Of a stretch of DNA of 48,759 nt, positions 28,887 to 40,144 are shown one piece after another; the stretch's first letter is position 1; each line of letters starts with the position of its first letter. The notes beneath the pieces were generated by a model, which had not been told where the DNA came from, did not search any database, and worked only from the letters and a program-made list of their open reading frames with translations. Both the position numbers and the translations under genes were made by a program. Origin of the DNA: Actinomycetes bacterium (GTDB lineage Bacteria; Actinomycetota; Acidimicrobiia; Acidimicrobiales; RAAP-2). The stretch is taken from NCBI GenBank assembly GCA_021807265.1, contig JAKAPH010000001.1:1-48759 (forward strand), given 5' to 3'.

Positions 28887-29438
28887 GTGACCACGGCCCT
28901 CCTGCTCATAGACATCCAGAACGACTACTTCCCGGGCGGGCGGATGGAACTGGTCGGGCCCGACGCGGCCGCCGCTAGGGCCGCAACGCTGCTGGCACGC
29001 TTCCGCGCAACCGGCCGACCGGTCGTGCACGTGCAACACGTGGCTGACCGGCCCGGCGCGACGTTCTTCCTGCCCGACACCGACGGCGCGCTGATCCACC
29101 GCTCCGTCGAGCCGGCGCCGGGTGAGATCGTCGTCGTGAAGCATCGGCCGAACTCCTTTCTCGACACCGCGCTTGATGCGCACCTCGAATCGCTCGGTGT
29201 CACCGCCGTCGTGATCGCGGGCATGATGACCCACATGTGCGTCGACTCCACCACCCGGGCCGCGAGCGAACGGGGCCTGGACTGTGTAGTGGCGGCGGAC
29301 GCGTGCGCCACGAAGGACCAGACGTTCGACGGCGTGCGCGTCAGCGCCGACCACGTGCACGCGGCCTTCCTCGCCGCGCTGCAGGGTTCCTTCGCCACGG
29401 TCGAGTCATCCGCGACGGTGCTCGAGCGATTGGCCTAG
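28887..29438 (+). CDS. cysteine hydrolase (isochorismatase family)
   Basis: LLLIDIQNDY, KHRPNSF, GMMTHMCVDSTTR (D-K-C triad). Confidence 0.9.
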   Translation: MTTALLLIDIQNDYFPGGRMELVGPDAAAARAATLLARFRATGRPVVHVQHVADRPGATFFLPDTDGALIHRSVEPAPGEIVVVKHRPNSFLDTALDAHLESLGVTAVVIAGMMTHMCVDSTTRAASERGLDCVVAADACATKDQTFDGVRVSADHVHAAFLAALQGSFATVESSATVLERLA

Positions 29439-29472
29439 CGAAGACACCCGCCCGGCCGCTAGGGTCGCTGTG

Positions 29473-29988
29473 ATGCGCACCTTCTCCGACGCCGACACGA
29501 GAGAAACGCTGCCGGATCGGTGCTTGCGCTGGGCGATCATCGCAATCGAGTACGCGATCGTTGGGAGCTTGCTGCTGGTGGCGAGTGTCGTGTTGGTCCG
29601 TACCGTGGTGGAGTTCCTCCGGCACCAGGGGTCCTTCGCCGGCGTCGTGATCAACGCCATTGACGGCATTCTCGTCGTGGTCATCCTGCTCGACATCGCC
29701 CACACGGTCTTCGGGCGTCTGCGCTCGGCGTCGTTCCCGGTGCGCCCCTTCCTCGAGATCGGCGTGCTCGCGGGCGTGCGGGACATCCTGAGCGCCTCGG
29801 CGCACTTGACCATTGGCGGACATCTCACCGAGCGCGACTTCTCGAACACGCTCATCTCGGTCGGCGTGGGCGTCGGGGTGGTGGTGCTGCTACTCGTGGG
29901 GCTGAACCTGCTGCGCATGAGCCTTCGCGGGGCCAATGAGACAGCCGGCGACCGGCCGACGAAGCACTCGCGCCACGGCGGCGATTAA
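29473..29988 (+). CDS. PsiE-like membrane protein
   Basis: Four TM segments, ILLDIAHTV, PFLEIGVLAGVRDIL. Confidence 0.7.
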   Translation: MRTFSDADTRETLPDRCLRWAIIAIEYAIVGSLLLVASVVLVRTVVEFLRHQGSFAGVVINAIDGILVVVILLDIAHTVFGRLRSASFPVRPFLEIGVLAGVRDILSASAHLTIGGHLTERDFSNTLISVGVGVGVVVLLLVGLNLLRMSLRGANETAGDRPTKHSRHGGD

Positions 29989-30094
29989 CTGGCGGTCACG
30001 TCGGCACCCTCCGTGAGGTCGGTCGCAGCGGCGCGCGGGGATGACCCCGACGCACGTCCGTCAAACGTCGCCCACGCCACCGAGCCCGCGTTCA

Positions 30095-31387
30095 CTAGGG
30101 CGCCGCGTCGCCGGACTCCTCGACCACGACCGGTGCCACTTCCTCGTCAGGCGGATGTCGCCGGAAGAAAGCCCAGAAGGTGAGCGCGTTGGCCAGTTGC
30201 AGGGTGGCCGCGATCTCGAAGGGCACGAGGAGGTCGGCCTCGGCGAACAGGTACCCCGTGAGAAGTGGACTGATCGCGGTCGCGACCTGACTGGGCAGGT
30301 TGGACAGGGCGGCGATCGAGGCACGCTCGTCCGGGTCGGCGAGTCCCACGACGTAGGACTGGCGCAGTGGCATGCCGACGCGCTGGATGAGCATGCGCAC
30401 GAGGAACCACGCACCGGCCATCTCGAAGTTGGCCGACAGCACCATTGGCACGAGCAGGAGCGACTGCAAGACACGCACGACGCTCACGGTTCGCACCAGT
30501 CCCCAGCGCCGCGCCCACGCCGCGGCCGACAGACTCGAGGCGATAGTGGCGACGTTGACGACGGTGTAGAGAACGCCCACCTCGCCCGGATCGACCCCGT
30601 AGCGTCGAAAGAACCAGTACGTAAGGAAGGGTCCGAACATGCCGACGGCCGCGCCGTTCAAGGTGTTGGTGACCCAGAGGCGATAGAGGAGCCAGCGCGA
30701 GCGGCGCGGGAACCGCGGCCGAAGTCGGTGCTCGGTGCGCGCGCGCCGCTCTTCGTGAAGAGCCAGGGCGACGATTCCCGCCAGAAGCGAGACGACGGCG
30801 ATGGCGAGGAAGGCCACGCGAAAGAGGGTGATCGGCGTGCCGGTGTGGGAGCGGATCGAGGGAACGAGCAGGGCCAGCGGGCCGCCGATCGCGGCGCCCA
30901 CCGAGGAGGCGAAGGTGAGACGACCGAAGACGGCGTTGCGATGGCGAGGCGCGACCCGTTCGGTCACGTACGCCGATTCGGCCGGCTGATACGGGCCGAT
31001 GGCCCCGGCCCCGGCGCCGGCCCCTCGCCCAAAACTGCCCAGGGCGCCCGCGATGAAGAGGATCGGGTGTGACGAAGTGGTCGCGAAGATCGATCCGGCC
31101 AACGCGGTGAAGAGAGGGAGCACGACGAGGAAGGTTCGACGCCCGACGCGGTCCGAGAGCGTGCCGATTCCCGTGGACAGCAGGGCTGACGTTCCGGCTA
31201 CGACCATGACGTAGACCGACAGTTCCACGGGTCCAAAACCCACCAGGGCCAGATAGATCGGCGTCACGATCCCCGCGAGCGCCCGACCGACGCTCATGAA
31301 GACTCGTGCGATGATGACGATCTCGATGTCCCGGTTCGACCAGTGCGGCCTCACGCGGTGCGCCAACGTCCGAGGTGTCGACGCCAC
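30095..31387 (-). CDS. MFS transporter
   Basis: SDRVGRR motif A, ~12 TM, GPYQPAESA, PLRQSYV; start uncertain. Confidence 0.85.
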   Translation of the reverse strand: MASTPRTLAHRVRPHWSNRDIEIVIIARVFMSVGRALAGIVTPIYLALVGFGPVELSVYVMVVAGTSALLSTGIGTLSDRVGRRTFLVVLPLFTALAGSIFATTSSHPILFIAGALGSFGRGAGAGAGAIGPYQPAESAYVTERVAPRHRNAVFGRLTFASSVGAAIGGPLALLVPSIRSHTGTPITLFRVAFLAIAVVSLLAGIVALALHEERRARTEHRLRPRFPRRSRWLLYRLWVTNTLNGAAVGMFGPFLTYWFFRRYGVDPGEVGVLYTVVNVATIASSLSAAAWARRWGLVRTVSVVRVLQSLLLVPMVLSANFEMAGAWFLVRMLIQRVGMPLRQSYVVGLADPDERASIAALSNLPSQVATAISPLLTGYLFAEADLLVPFEIAATLQLANALTFWAFFRRHPPDEEVAPVVVEESGDAAP

Positions 31388-31537
31388 GGTCGCGGTGTCC
31401 GTCGGGTTCGACTCGGGCGGCGGGGGTTCGTTGGTAACCCGACGATTTTACCGGCGTTCTAGCGAGCGATCACCGCAGCAGCGTTGCGACGAGGTGCGCT
31501 GCGTGACGAACCGTTCGCCCGGGCGAGCGACCGGCCG

Positions 31538-31924
31538 TTAGTGGAGTCGGTCGACGATGCGACACGCGACGAGCGCGTCTTCGTCGATGTGGTAGCTCGC
31601 GCAGATCCGGTGATAGCCGTCGGCGATCCAGAGGGGTTGGCCGCGCACCAGCAGCACGGGCGAGAGCTTCACGTTCTCGCGGACCTTGGCCAGGTCCTTT
31701 TCGAGCTCGTGGTCGTCGGCGGGCAGCAGCGCGAGTCCGCTCGCGCGCAGCAAGTCCTTGGCCTTGTAGTGCCAGAGCTTCTTCTCGGCGGCGAGCAGCG
31801 CGGCGTAGCGACGCGCGTCGCCGCGCGACACGAGCAGTGACAGGTACGAGCGGGCGGCCGGGAAGTCCTGCTTCTCTGGTTCCGCCTTCCACCGTTCGAT
31901 GGGCGTGGGTTGATCAGTGGTCAT
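31538..31924 (-). CDS. small conserved protein with ParB/Srx-like DGxHR motif
   Basis: LSPVLLVRG...IADGYHRICA; start overlaps the aquaporin stop by 11 nt. Confidence 0.7.
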   Translation of the reverse strand: MTTDQPTPIERWKAEPEKQDFPAARSYLSLLVSRGDARRYAALLAAEKKLWHYKAKDLLRASGLALLPADDHELEKDLAKVRENVKLSPVLLVRGQPLWIADGYHRICASYHIDEDALVACRIVDRLH

Positions 31925-32759
31925 GGTGGCCGTCGCTTTTGTGTGGGTTGGAGAAGATCGGGTTGAGCTCACCCTGCGCTGCTTCGTTACCAGCGAGCGA
32001 CGGCGGCCCACGAAGGATCCAGGCGACGCCGACGGCGAGCGCGCCGCCGATCAGCGGACCGACCACGTAGGCCCACCACGACGTCCAGTCGCCACCGACG
32101 AGCTGGGGTCCGAAGGAACGGGCCGGGTTCATCGACGTCCCGGTGATCGGCGCGGCCCAGAGTCCGGCGAGGGCGATGTAGCCGCCGACGGCGAGTGCGG
32201 CGTTGGCGCCGATGTTGCGCGCCCCCGAGGCCGTGCCGAGGATGACACTCACGAGACCGAGGGTGAGCAGGGCTTCGACGATGACGACCTTGCCTGAGGA
32301 GATCCCTGGTCCCGGCAGTGTCGCGCCGAGGTGGCCCACGTTGCCGAAGAGGCCGCGCAAGAGCAGCGACGCGACGATGGCTCCGACGACCTGGGCACCA
32401 ACGTAGCCCGGGACGCGGTTCCAAGGAAAGTTGCCGCGCGCGGCGAACGAGAGGGTGACCGCGGGGTTGAGGTGCGCGCCGCTCACCATGCCCATGAAGT
32501 AGATGATCCCCATGACCATTAGGGCCGGCGCGACGACCTGGGCGTCGATGGGGACCTGACCGTGGGAGACGGCGTCGACGACGGGTGCGCCCGCGGCGGC
32601 GATGACCAAGAGAAAGGTTCCAAAGAACTCCGAGAAGAGCCGACGCCACTCGTCGCGTCGCTCGTGGGGGTTGACCACCCAGTGGGGTTCGCTCGAGTGC
32701 GGGCCTCGCGCGAGGATGCTCGAGCGCTCGAGTCCCAGCTCGTCGGGTGGGCCACTCAT
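31914..32759 (-). CDS. MIP family channel (aquaporin/aquaglyceroporin)
   Basis: EFFGTF, SGAHLNPAVT and SMNPARSFGP NPA boxes. Confidence 0.93.
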   Translation of the reverse strand: MSGPPDELGLERSSILARGPHSSEPHWVVNPHERRDEWRRLFSEFFGTFLLVIAAAGAPVVDAVSHGQVPIDAQVVAPALMVMGIIYFMGMVSGAHLNPAVTLSFAARGNFPWNRVPGYVGAQVVGAIVASLLLRGLFGNVGHLGATLPGPGISSGKVVIVEALLTLGLVSVILGTASGARNIGANAALAVGGYIALAGLWAAPITGTSMNPARSFGPQLVGGDWTSWWAYVVGPLIGGALAVGVAWILRGPPSLAGNEAAQGELNPIFSNPHKSDGHHDH

Positions 32760-32930
32760 CGCAACGCGCCCGGCGTGTGTCGCGACCATCCGATTGCACG
32801 CTCGAACCTACGCGACGTCATAATTCCCACCCTACGTGTACACAGATGATCACGCCAGATAGCCGTTTTCGACGGTACTGGGGGCTGAACAGCTGTGTCG
32901 TGCGGCCCAAAGGAGGGCGAAGCAACGCCG

Positions 32931-33212
32931 CTACGGTCGCCGCCGTCGATCAAAGGCGTAGACGGCAATCGAGAGGCCCTCGCCGACGCCGACCAGCAGC
33001 GTGATGGCGATCATCGAGACAGCGGCTCGATGCACGTTGGTCACGCCCGCGGCGTCGGGTCCCGCTTGGGTGAGCGCAGCGAGTGGACCGACGAGCAGAC
33101 CGAACGCCGCGATCTTCCACGATCGGTCCCGCAGTCGCGCGCGCGCCCGTGCGAGATTCCTTGCGCCGCGACCGCCAGTGGCACCTGCTGCGGGCCCTCG
33201 GCTATCGGCCAC
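32931..33212 (-). CDS. small hypothetical membrane protein
   Basis: GTG start overlapping the upstream ORF stop; two hydrophobic segments and basic tail. Confidence 0.45.
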   Translation of the reverse strand: MADSRGPAAGATGGRGARNLARARARLRDRSWKIAAFGLLVGPLAALTQAGPDAAGVTNVHRAAVSMIAITLLVGVGEGLSIAVYAFDRRRRP

Positions 33213-33459
33213 GGCCGTTGCCGTTGAAGAAGAACGGCTTGGTACGCCGTCCGTCGGGCATGCGCGGGGCGATCGACGAGTACTGGCCCGGCTTCTTCTC
33301 GAAGAAGAATCGCCGGAGGCGCGTCCGCCACGATTCGTTCGGTGCTCGAGTGGCGACGACGTCGACGTCGTCGCGGTCTTCGTCAGCGTGCTCGGCGGGC
33401 TGGGCGACGAATGCCTGAACTGCCGCGTTGTCGAATTCTTCGTCCGGCGAACCGTCCAT
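33202..33459 (-). CDS. small hypothetical protein (85 aa)
   Basis: Natural-looking composition; TAGTGT hexamer 7 nt before ATG. Confidence 0.5.
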   Translation of the reverse strand: MDGSPDEEFDNAAVQAFVAQPAEHADEDRDDVDVVATRAPNESWRTRLRRFFFEKKPGQYSSIAPRMPDGRRTKPFFFNGNGRGR

Positions 33460-33515
33460 ACGTCGGACACTACAACGCCGCCGCCCAGACAGAGGCGGCG
33501 GCGTTGTCGGTGTCG

Positions 33516-36194
<2,679 letters not shown>

Positions 36195-36263
36195 CCCTCT
36201 ATTCTGCCCCCTCCGGCGGGGTCGCGTTTCTGGCTTCGAGCCCGGACGTGCGAGACTGACCCG

Positions 36264-37979
36264 ATGGGCTCAACGTACGAGATCTTGGCGGAGCGCCTCG
36301 CGCGGTCCTTCGATCGCCTGGCACCGGGTACGGACCCGGTGCTTCGCACCTCGGAGCGCGCTGACTTCCAGGCCAACGGCGTGATGGCGCTCGCCAAGAC
36401 CCTCGGCCGGCCCCCGCGCGACGTCGCGGCCGAGATCGCCGCCATGAACGACCTCGACGGCGTGGCCACGGTCGAGGTCGCGGGACCGGGGTTCTTGAAC
36501 ATCGTGCTCGAACCGGCCTTCCTCGCCGCGCAGCTGGGCGCGCTCGTCGGTGACGAACGCCTCGGGCTCGCCCGCGCCGCGTCGCCCAAGACGGTCGTCA
36601 TCGACTACTCCGCCCCGAACGTCGCCAAGGAGATGCACATCGGCCACCTCCGCTCGACGGTGATCGGCGACGCGCTGGCGCGCACCGAGCGCCTGGCCGG
36701 CAACCGCGTGATCGCGCGTAACCACGTCGGCGACTGGGGAACCCCCTTTGGCATGCTGATCGAGTACCTGCTCGACCTGGGCGAGGACCGGGCGATCGCC
36801 GAGCTGTCGATCGGTGATCTGAACACCTTCTACCAGGGGGCGCGCACGGCATTTGACGCCGACGAGGCATTCCGCAGCCGCAGTCGGGCCCGGGTGGTGC
36901 TGCTCCAGGGCGGCGACGCCGAGACGCGCCGGCTCTGGCACATCCTCGTCGACCAGTCCGTCGCCTACTTCAGCCAGGTCTACGCCAAGCTCGACGTGAC
37001 CCTCACGCCCGAGGACGTGGTGGGCGAGTCGTACTACAACGACGCCCTCGAGGGCGTCGTGGCTGACCTCGACGCGCTCGGACTGCTCGAGGAGAGCGAC
37101 GGCGCGCGCTGTGTCTTCCCACCCGGCTTTACCAACCGCGACGGCGAACGCCTGCCGCTCATCGTCCAGAAGCGCGACGAGGGTTTCGGCTACGCCGCGA
37201 CCGACCTCGCCGCCGTGCGCGACCGGGTCGGGCGGCTCGGCGCCAACGAGATGCTCTACGTGGTCGGCGCCCCCCAGGCCCAGCACTTCGCCATGGTCTT
37301 TGCCGTCGCGCGTGCCGCCGGGTGGCTGCCCGACGCCGTTCGCTGCGAGCACGTGGCCTTTGGCAGCATCCTCGGACCCGACCGCAAGATGTACAAGACC
37401 CGCAGTGGCGAGACCGTCAAGTTGGTGGACCTGCTCGACGAGGCGATCGAGCGGGCCTACGAGGCGCTCGTCGAGCGCGGCACCGACCTCGAAGACGAGC
37501 CGCGCCACGAGCTCGCCACCCAGATTGCGCGCGCCGCGATCAAGTACGCCGACCTCTCGACCGAGCGCCAGCGCGACTACGTCTTTGACCTGAACCGCAT
37601 GCTCGCCTTCGAGGGTGACACCGGTCCCTACCTTCAGTACGCCCACGCGCGGCTGCGCTCGATCCTGCGCCGGGCCGGCGACGTCGATCTCGGCGCCGCC
37701 ACCTTTTCCCTCGACAACGCGCCCTCGCGTGACCTGGCGCTCGGCCTGCTCGGCTGGCCCGACGCGGTCGCCTCGATGCTCGAGGGCGCGGCGCCGCACC
37801 GGCTCTGCACCTACCTCTTCGACCTCGCCCAGCGGCTCACCGCCTTCTACGAGGCCTGTCCCGTGCTGAGCGCCGAGGGCGCGGTGCGCGTTGAGCGCCT
37901 GGCGCTGTGCGAGCTCGCGGCGCGCACCCTCGCGCTCGGACTCGACGCCCTGGGCATCGCGGCGCCGGAGCGAATGTAG
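36264..37979 (+). CDS. argS: arginine--tRNA ligase
   Basis: [15 protein letters not shown] (HIGH), [25 protein letters not shown]-terminus. Confidence 0.97.
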   Translation: MGSTYEILAERLARSFDRLAPGTDPVLRTSERADFQANGVMALAKTLGRPPRDVAAEIAAMNDLDGVATVEVAGPGFLNIVLEPAFLAAQLGALVGDERLGLARAASPKTVVIDYSAPNVAKEMHIGHLRSTVIGDALARTERLAGNRVIARNHVGDWGTPFGMLIEYLLDLGEDRAIAELSIGDLNTFYQGARTAFDADEAFRSRSRARVVLLQGGDAETRRLWHILVDQSVAYFSQVYAKLDVTLTPEDVVGESYYNDALEGVVADLDALGLLEESDGARCVFPPGFTNRDGERLPLIVQKRDEGFGYAATDLAAVRDRVGRLGANEMLYVVGAPQAQHFAMVFAVARAAGWLPDAVRCEHVAFGSILGPDRKMYKTRSGETVKLVDLLDEAIERAYEALVERGTDLEDEPRHELATQIARAAIKYADLSTERQRDYVFDLNRMLAFEGDTGPYLQYAHARLRSILRRAGDVDLGAATFSLDNAPSRDLALGLLGWPDAVASMLEGAAPHRLCTYLFDLAQRLTAFYEACPVLSAEGAVRVERLALCELAARTLALGLDALGIAAPERM

Positions 37980-37986
37980 GCGTCGC

Positions 37987-38019
37987 AGGGTTCGGCGCTC
38001 AGGTGCCCTTTGGGTTGAT
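37987..38019 (+). repeat. left inverted repeat (33 bp)
   Basis: AGGGTTCGGCGCTCAGGTGCCCTTTGGGTTGAT; 29/33 match to the reverse complement of 38906-38938. Confidence 0.8.
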
Positions 38020-38124
38020 GCAGACGCCTGAGGCCCACAGAGCGTGGATTTAAGAGTGCCCGGAGGCTCACCAGCAACCCCCAAGAGGGTCGCTGTGTGT
38101 GCGTCATCGCTCCCGCGTGACACG

Positions 38125-38799
38125 ATGCGAGTGGTGCGCACCCTCTTTCTTCACGGCGCTGGGAGATCCGGCACAGCTGCCTGGCCACACCAGGTCGCTC
38201 TGGGATGCGACGAGTGGACGTTCCTTGATCGAGACGAAGCGGGAGACGACCCGCAACGTGACGCACAGCGAATCGTCGACGTGGTGCCTCATGGCGAAGA
38301 ATGTGTCGTCGTGGCTCACTCCTACGGAGCCAACGCAGCCGTGCTGGCATCCCAGAGGTGCCCAGAGTTGGTGCGCGGGCTCGTGCTGTTCGAGCCGGCC
38401 TGTTTCGATCTCGCACGCGGTTGGGCCAACGTGGAAGCTGAGATTGCCCGGATGGCACCCGTCTTCATGGCGGCGACCGATCCGTCGGTGACTGATCTCG
38501 AGTTCTCTGCTCTTTTCGCTGCCACCTCGGGGTTAGCCGTCCCGAGTCTTGCTGCAGGAGAGCTCGCTCTCCAGGCGGCGAGGCTGAGAACTCTCGCGTC
38601 GCCCTGGAACACCGGTATCGACCCGTCGCTCGGCGTGCCAGTGAGGTGTGTGGTGGTCACCAGCGCCAGCAGTGCCCTATACGAAGACGTTGCTGAGGCC
38701 CTCGTCGTACTCGGTGCGCAGCACCTGATCCTTCCGGGATCGGGCCACCGGCCCCAAGACGGCGTCGACGTGACAGCGTTGATCGAGCAGGTCTGCTAG
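38125..38799 (+). CDS. alpha/beta fold hydrolase
   Basis: FLHGAG, AHSYGA nucleophile elbow, LVLFEPA, GSGH. Confidence 0.8.
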   Translation: MRVVRTLFLHGAGRSGTAAWPHQVALGCDEWTFLDRDEAGDDPQRDAQRIVDVVPHGEECVVVAHSYGANAAVLASQRCPELVRGLVLFEPACFDLARGWANVEAEIARMAPVFMAATDPSVTDLEFSALFAATSGLAVPSLAAGELALQAARLRTLASPWNTGIDPSLGVPVRCVVVTSASSALYEDVAEALVVLGAQHLILPGSGHRPQDGVDVTALIEQVC

Positions 38800-38905
38800 C
38801 CACACGCGAACCTGGGCAACAAGTCGCGTGATGGGCGAACGCTCGCCACGACGGGGAGTATCTCGCGCACATCTAAACCTGGTCTCAAGAAGAACCGTGC
38901 CTGAA

Positions 38906-38938
38906 ATCAACCCAAAAGACACCTGAACGCCGAAGCCT
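38906..38938 (-). repeat. right inverted repeat (33 bp)
   Basis: ATCAACCCAAAAGACACCTGAACGCCGAAGCCT. Confidence 0.8.
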
Positions 38939-38992
38939 CGCGTCGCTATCATTCCCCCAGGTGCCGCCGTCGCACCGGAATCGGGGGGTTCT

Positions 38993-40144
38993 ATGCAGGT
39001 CAGGGCCGCGGTCGTCAGCGAACTCAATGGGCTATGGCGCACCGAGACGATCACCATCGACGAGCCGCACGCTCACGAGGTGAAGGTGAAGATGGCCTTC
39101 GCGGGCATGTGCCACTCGGACGAGCACCTGCGCACGGGTGACATCGCCCAGGACCCCGCCGTCCTCGAGATGATCTCGGGGCGGCCCTCGATGTTCCCCA
39201 TCATCGGCGGTCACGAGGGCTCGGGCGTCGTGGAGTCGGTGGGCGAGGGCGTCTCGTCGCTGCAGCCCGGCGACCACGTGGCGGTCTCCTTCGTGCCGTC
39301 GTGCGGCACGTGTGAGGCCTGCGCCTCGGGCCGCCAGTACCTCTGTGACCTGGGCGCGACGACGCTCGCCGGTCCGATGATCAGTGACGGCACGTGGCGC
39401 CACCACCTCGGCGACGTCGACCTCAACCGCATGACCCAGCTGGGCTCGTTCAGCGAGTACGTCGTCGCCCACGAGGCGTCGCTCGTCAAGATCGAGCCGT
39501 GGTACGACCTGCGCGCGGCCGCCCTGATCTCCTGTGGGATCTCGACGGGCTTCGGCTCGGCCACCAACCGGGCCGAGGTGAAGCCCGGCGACGTCGTTGC
39601 GGTGATCGGCTGCGGTGGCGTCGGGTCGGGGGCGATCCAGGGCGCGCTGCACGCCGGCGCGCGCGCGGTCGTCGCGATCGACATCGACCCGAGCAAGGTC
39701 GAGCGCGCGCTCGCGCTCGGGGCGACCCACGGGTGCGCGACGACCCTGGACGCCGCGTTCACGATCCTGCCCGACCTCACCATGGGCCGCAACTGCGACA
39801 GCGTGATCATCACGACCGGCGTACTGACGAGCGAGCTCGTCGAGCAGGCCCGCTCGATCACGGCCAAGGGCGGCATCGTCGTCGCGACCTCGATCGCGCC
39901 GCACAACCAGCAGTCGGTCGAGCTCAACCTCTTCATGTTCTCCATGTACAACCAGGAGCTGCGCGGAACGGTCTTCGGCTCGGCGAACCCCCGCTACCAG
40001 ATCCCGCGGCTGCTGCGCCTGCACCACGACGGCCAGCTGAAGGTCGACGAGCTGATCACGCGCGAGTACACCCTCGACGAGGTCCAGCAGGGCTACGACG
40101 ACCTCGCGGCCGGGCGCAACGTGCGTGGCGTGGTGCGCTTCTAG
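38993..40144 (+). CDS. Zn-dependent NDMA-type alcohol dehydrogenase (mycofactocin-associated Rxyl_3153-like)
   Basis: GMCHSDEH, GGHEGSG, CGTCEAC...LC, GCGGVG; adjacent to the mft genes. Confidence 0.88.
   Translation: MQVRAAVVSELNGLWRTETITIDEPHAHEVKVKMAFAGMCHSDEHLRTGDIAQDPAVLEMISGRPSMFPIIGGHEGSGVVESVGEGVSSLQPGDHVAVSFVPSCGTCEACASGRQYLCDLGATTLAGPMISDGTWRHHLGDVDLNRMTQLGSFSEYVVAHEASLVKIEPWYDLRAAALISCGISTGFGSATNRAEVKPGDVVAVIGCGGVGSGAIQGALHAGARAVVAIDIDPSKVERALALGATHGCATTLDAAFTILPDLTMGRNCDSVIITTGVLTSELVEQARSITAKGGIVVATSIAPHNQQSVELNLFMFSMYNQELRGTVFGSANPRYQIPRLLRLHHDGQLKVDELITREYTLDEVQQGYDDLAAGRNVRGVVRF

Larger units (their letters stand above)
37987..38939. mobile_element. putative non-autonomous cassette bounded by inverted repeats, carrying one hydrolase gene
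   Basis: 33-bp imperfect IRs at both ends, GCGTCGC direct repeat outside both ends, no transposase. Confidence 0.5.

Noticed and set aside
31401-31420. GGTTCGACTC resembling a tRNA T-loop
   Set aside because: No acceptor, D or anticodon stems could be built around it
32756-32821. 21-aa upstream ORF overlapping the aquaporin start (ATGA)
   Set aside because: No supporting signal beyond the overlap; likely chance
38125-38799. Alpha/beta hydrolase as a substitute for MftE
   Set aside because: It sits in an apparently inserted cassette with different codon style and is not in the mft operon
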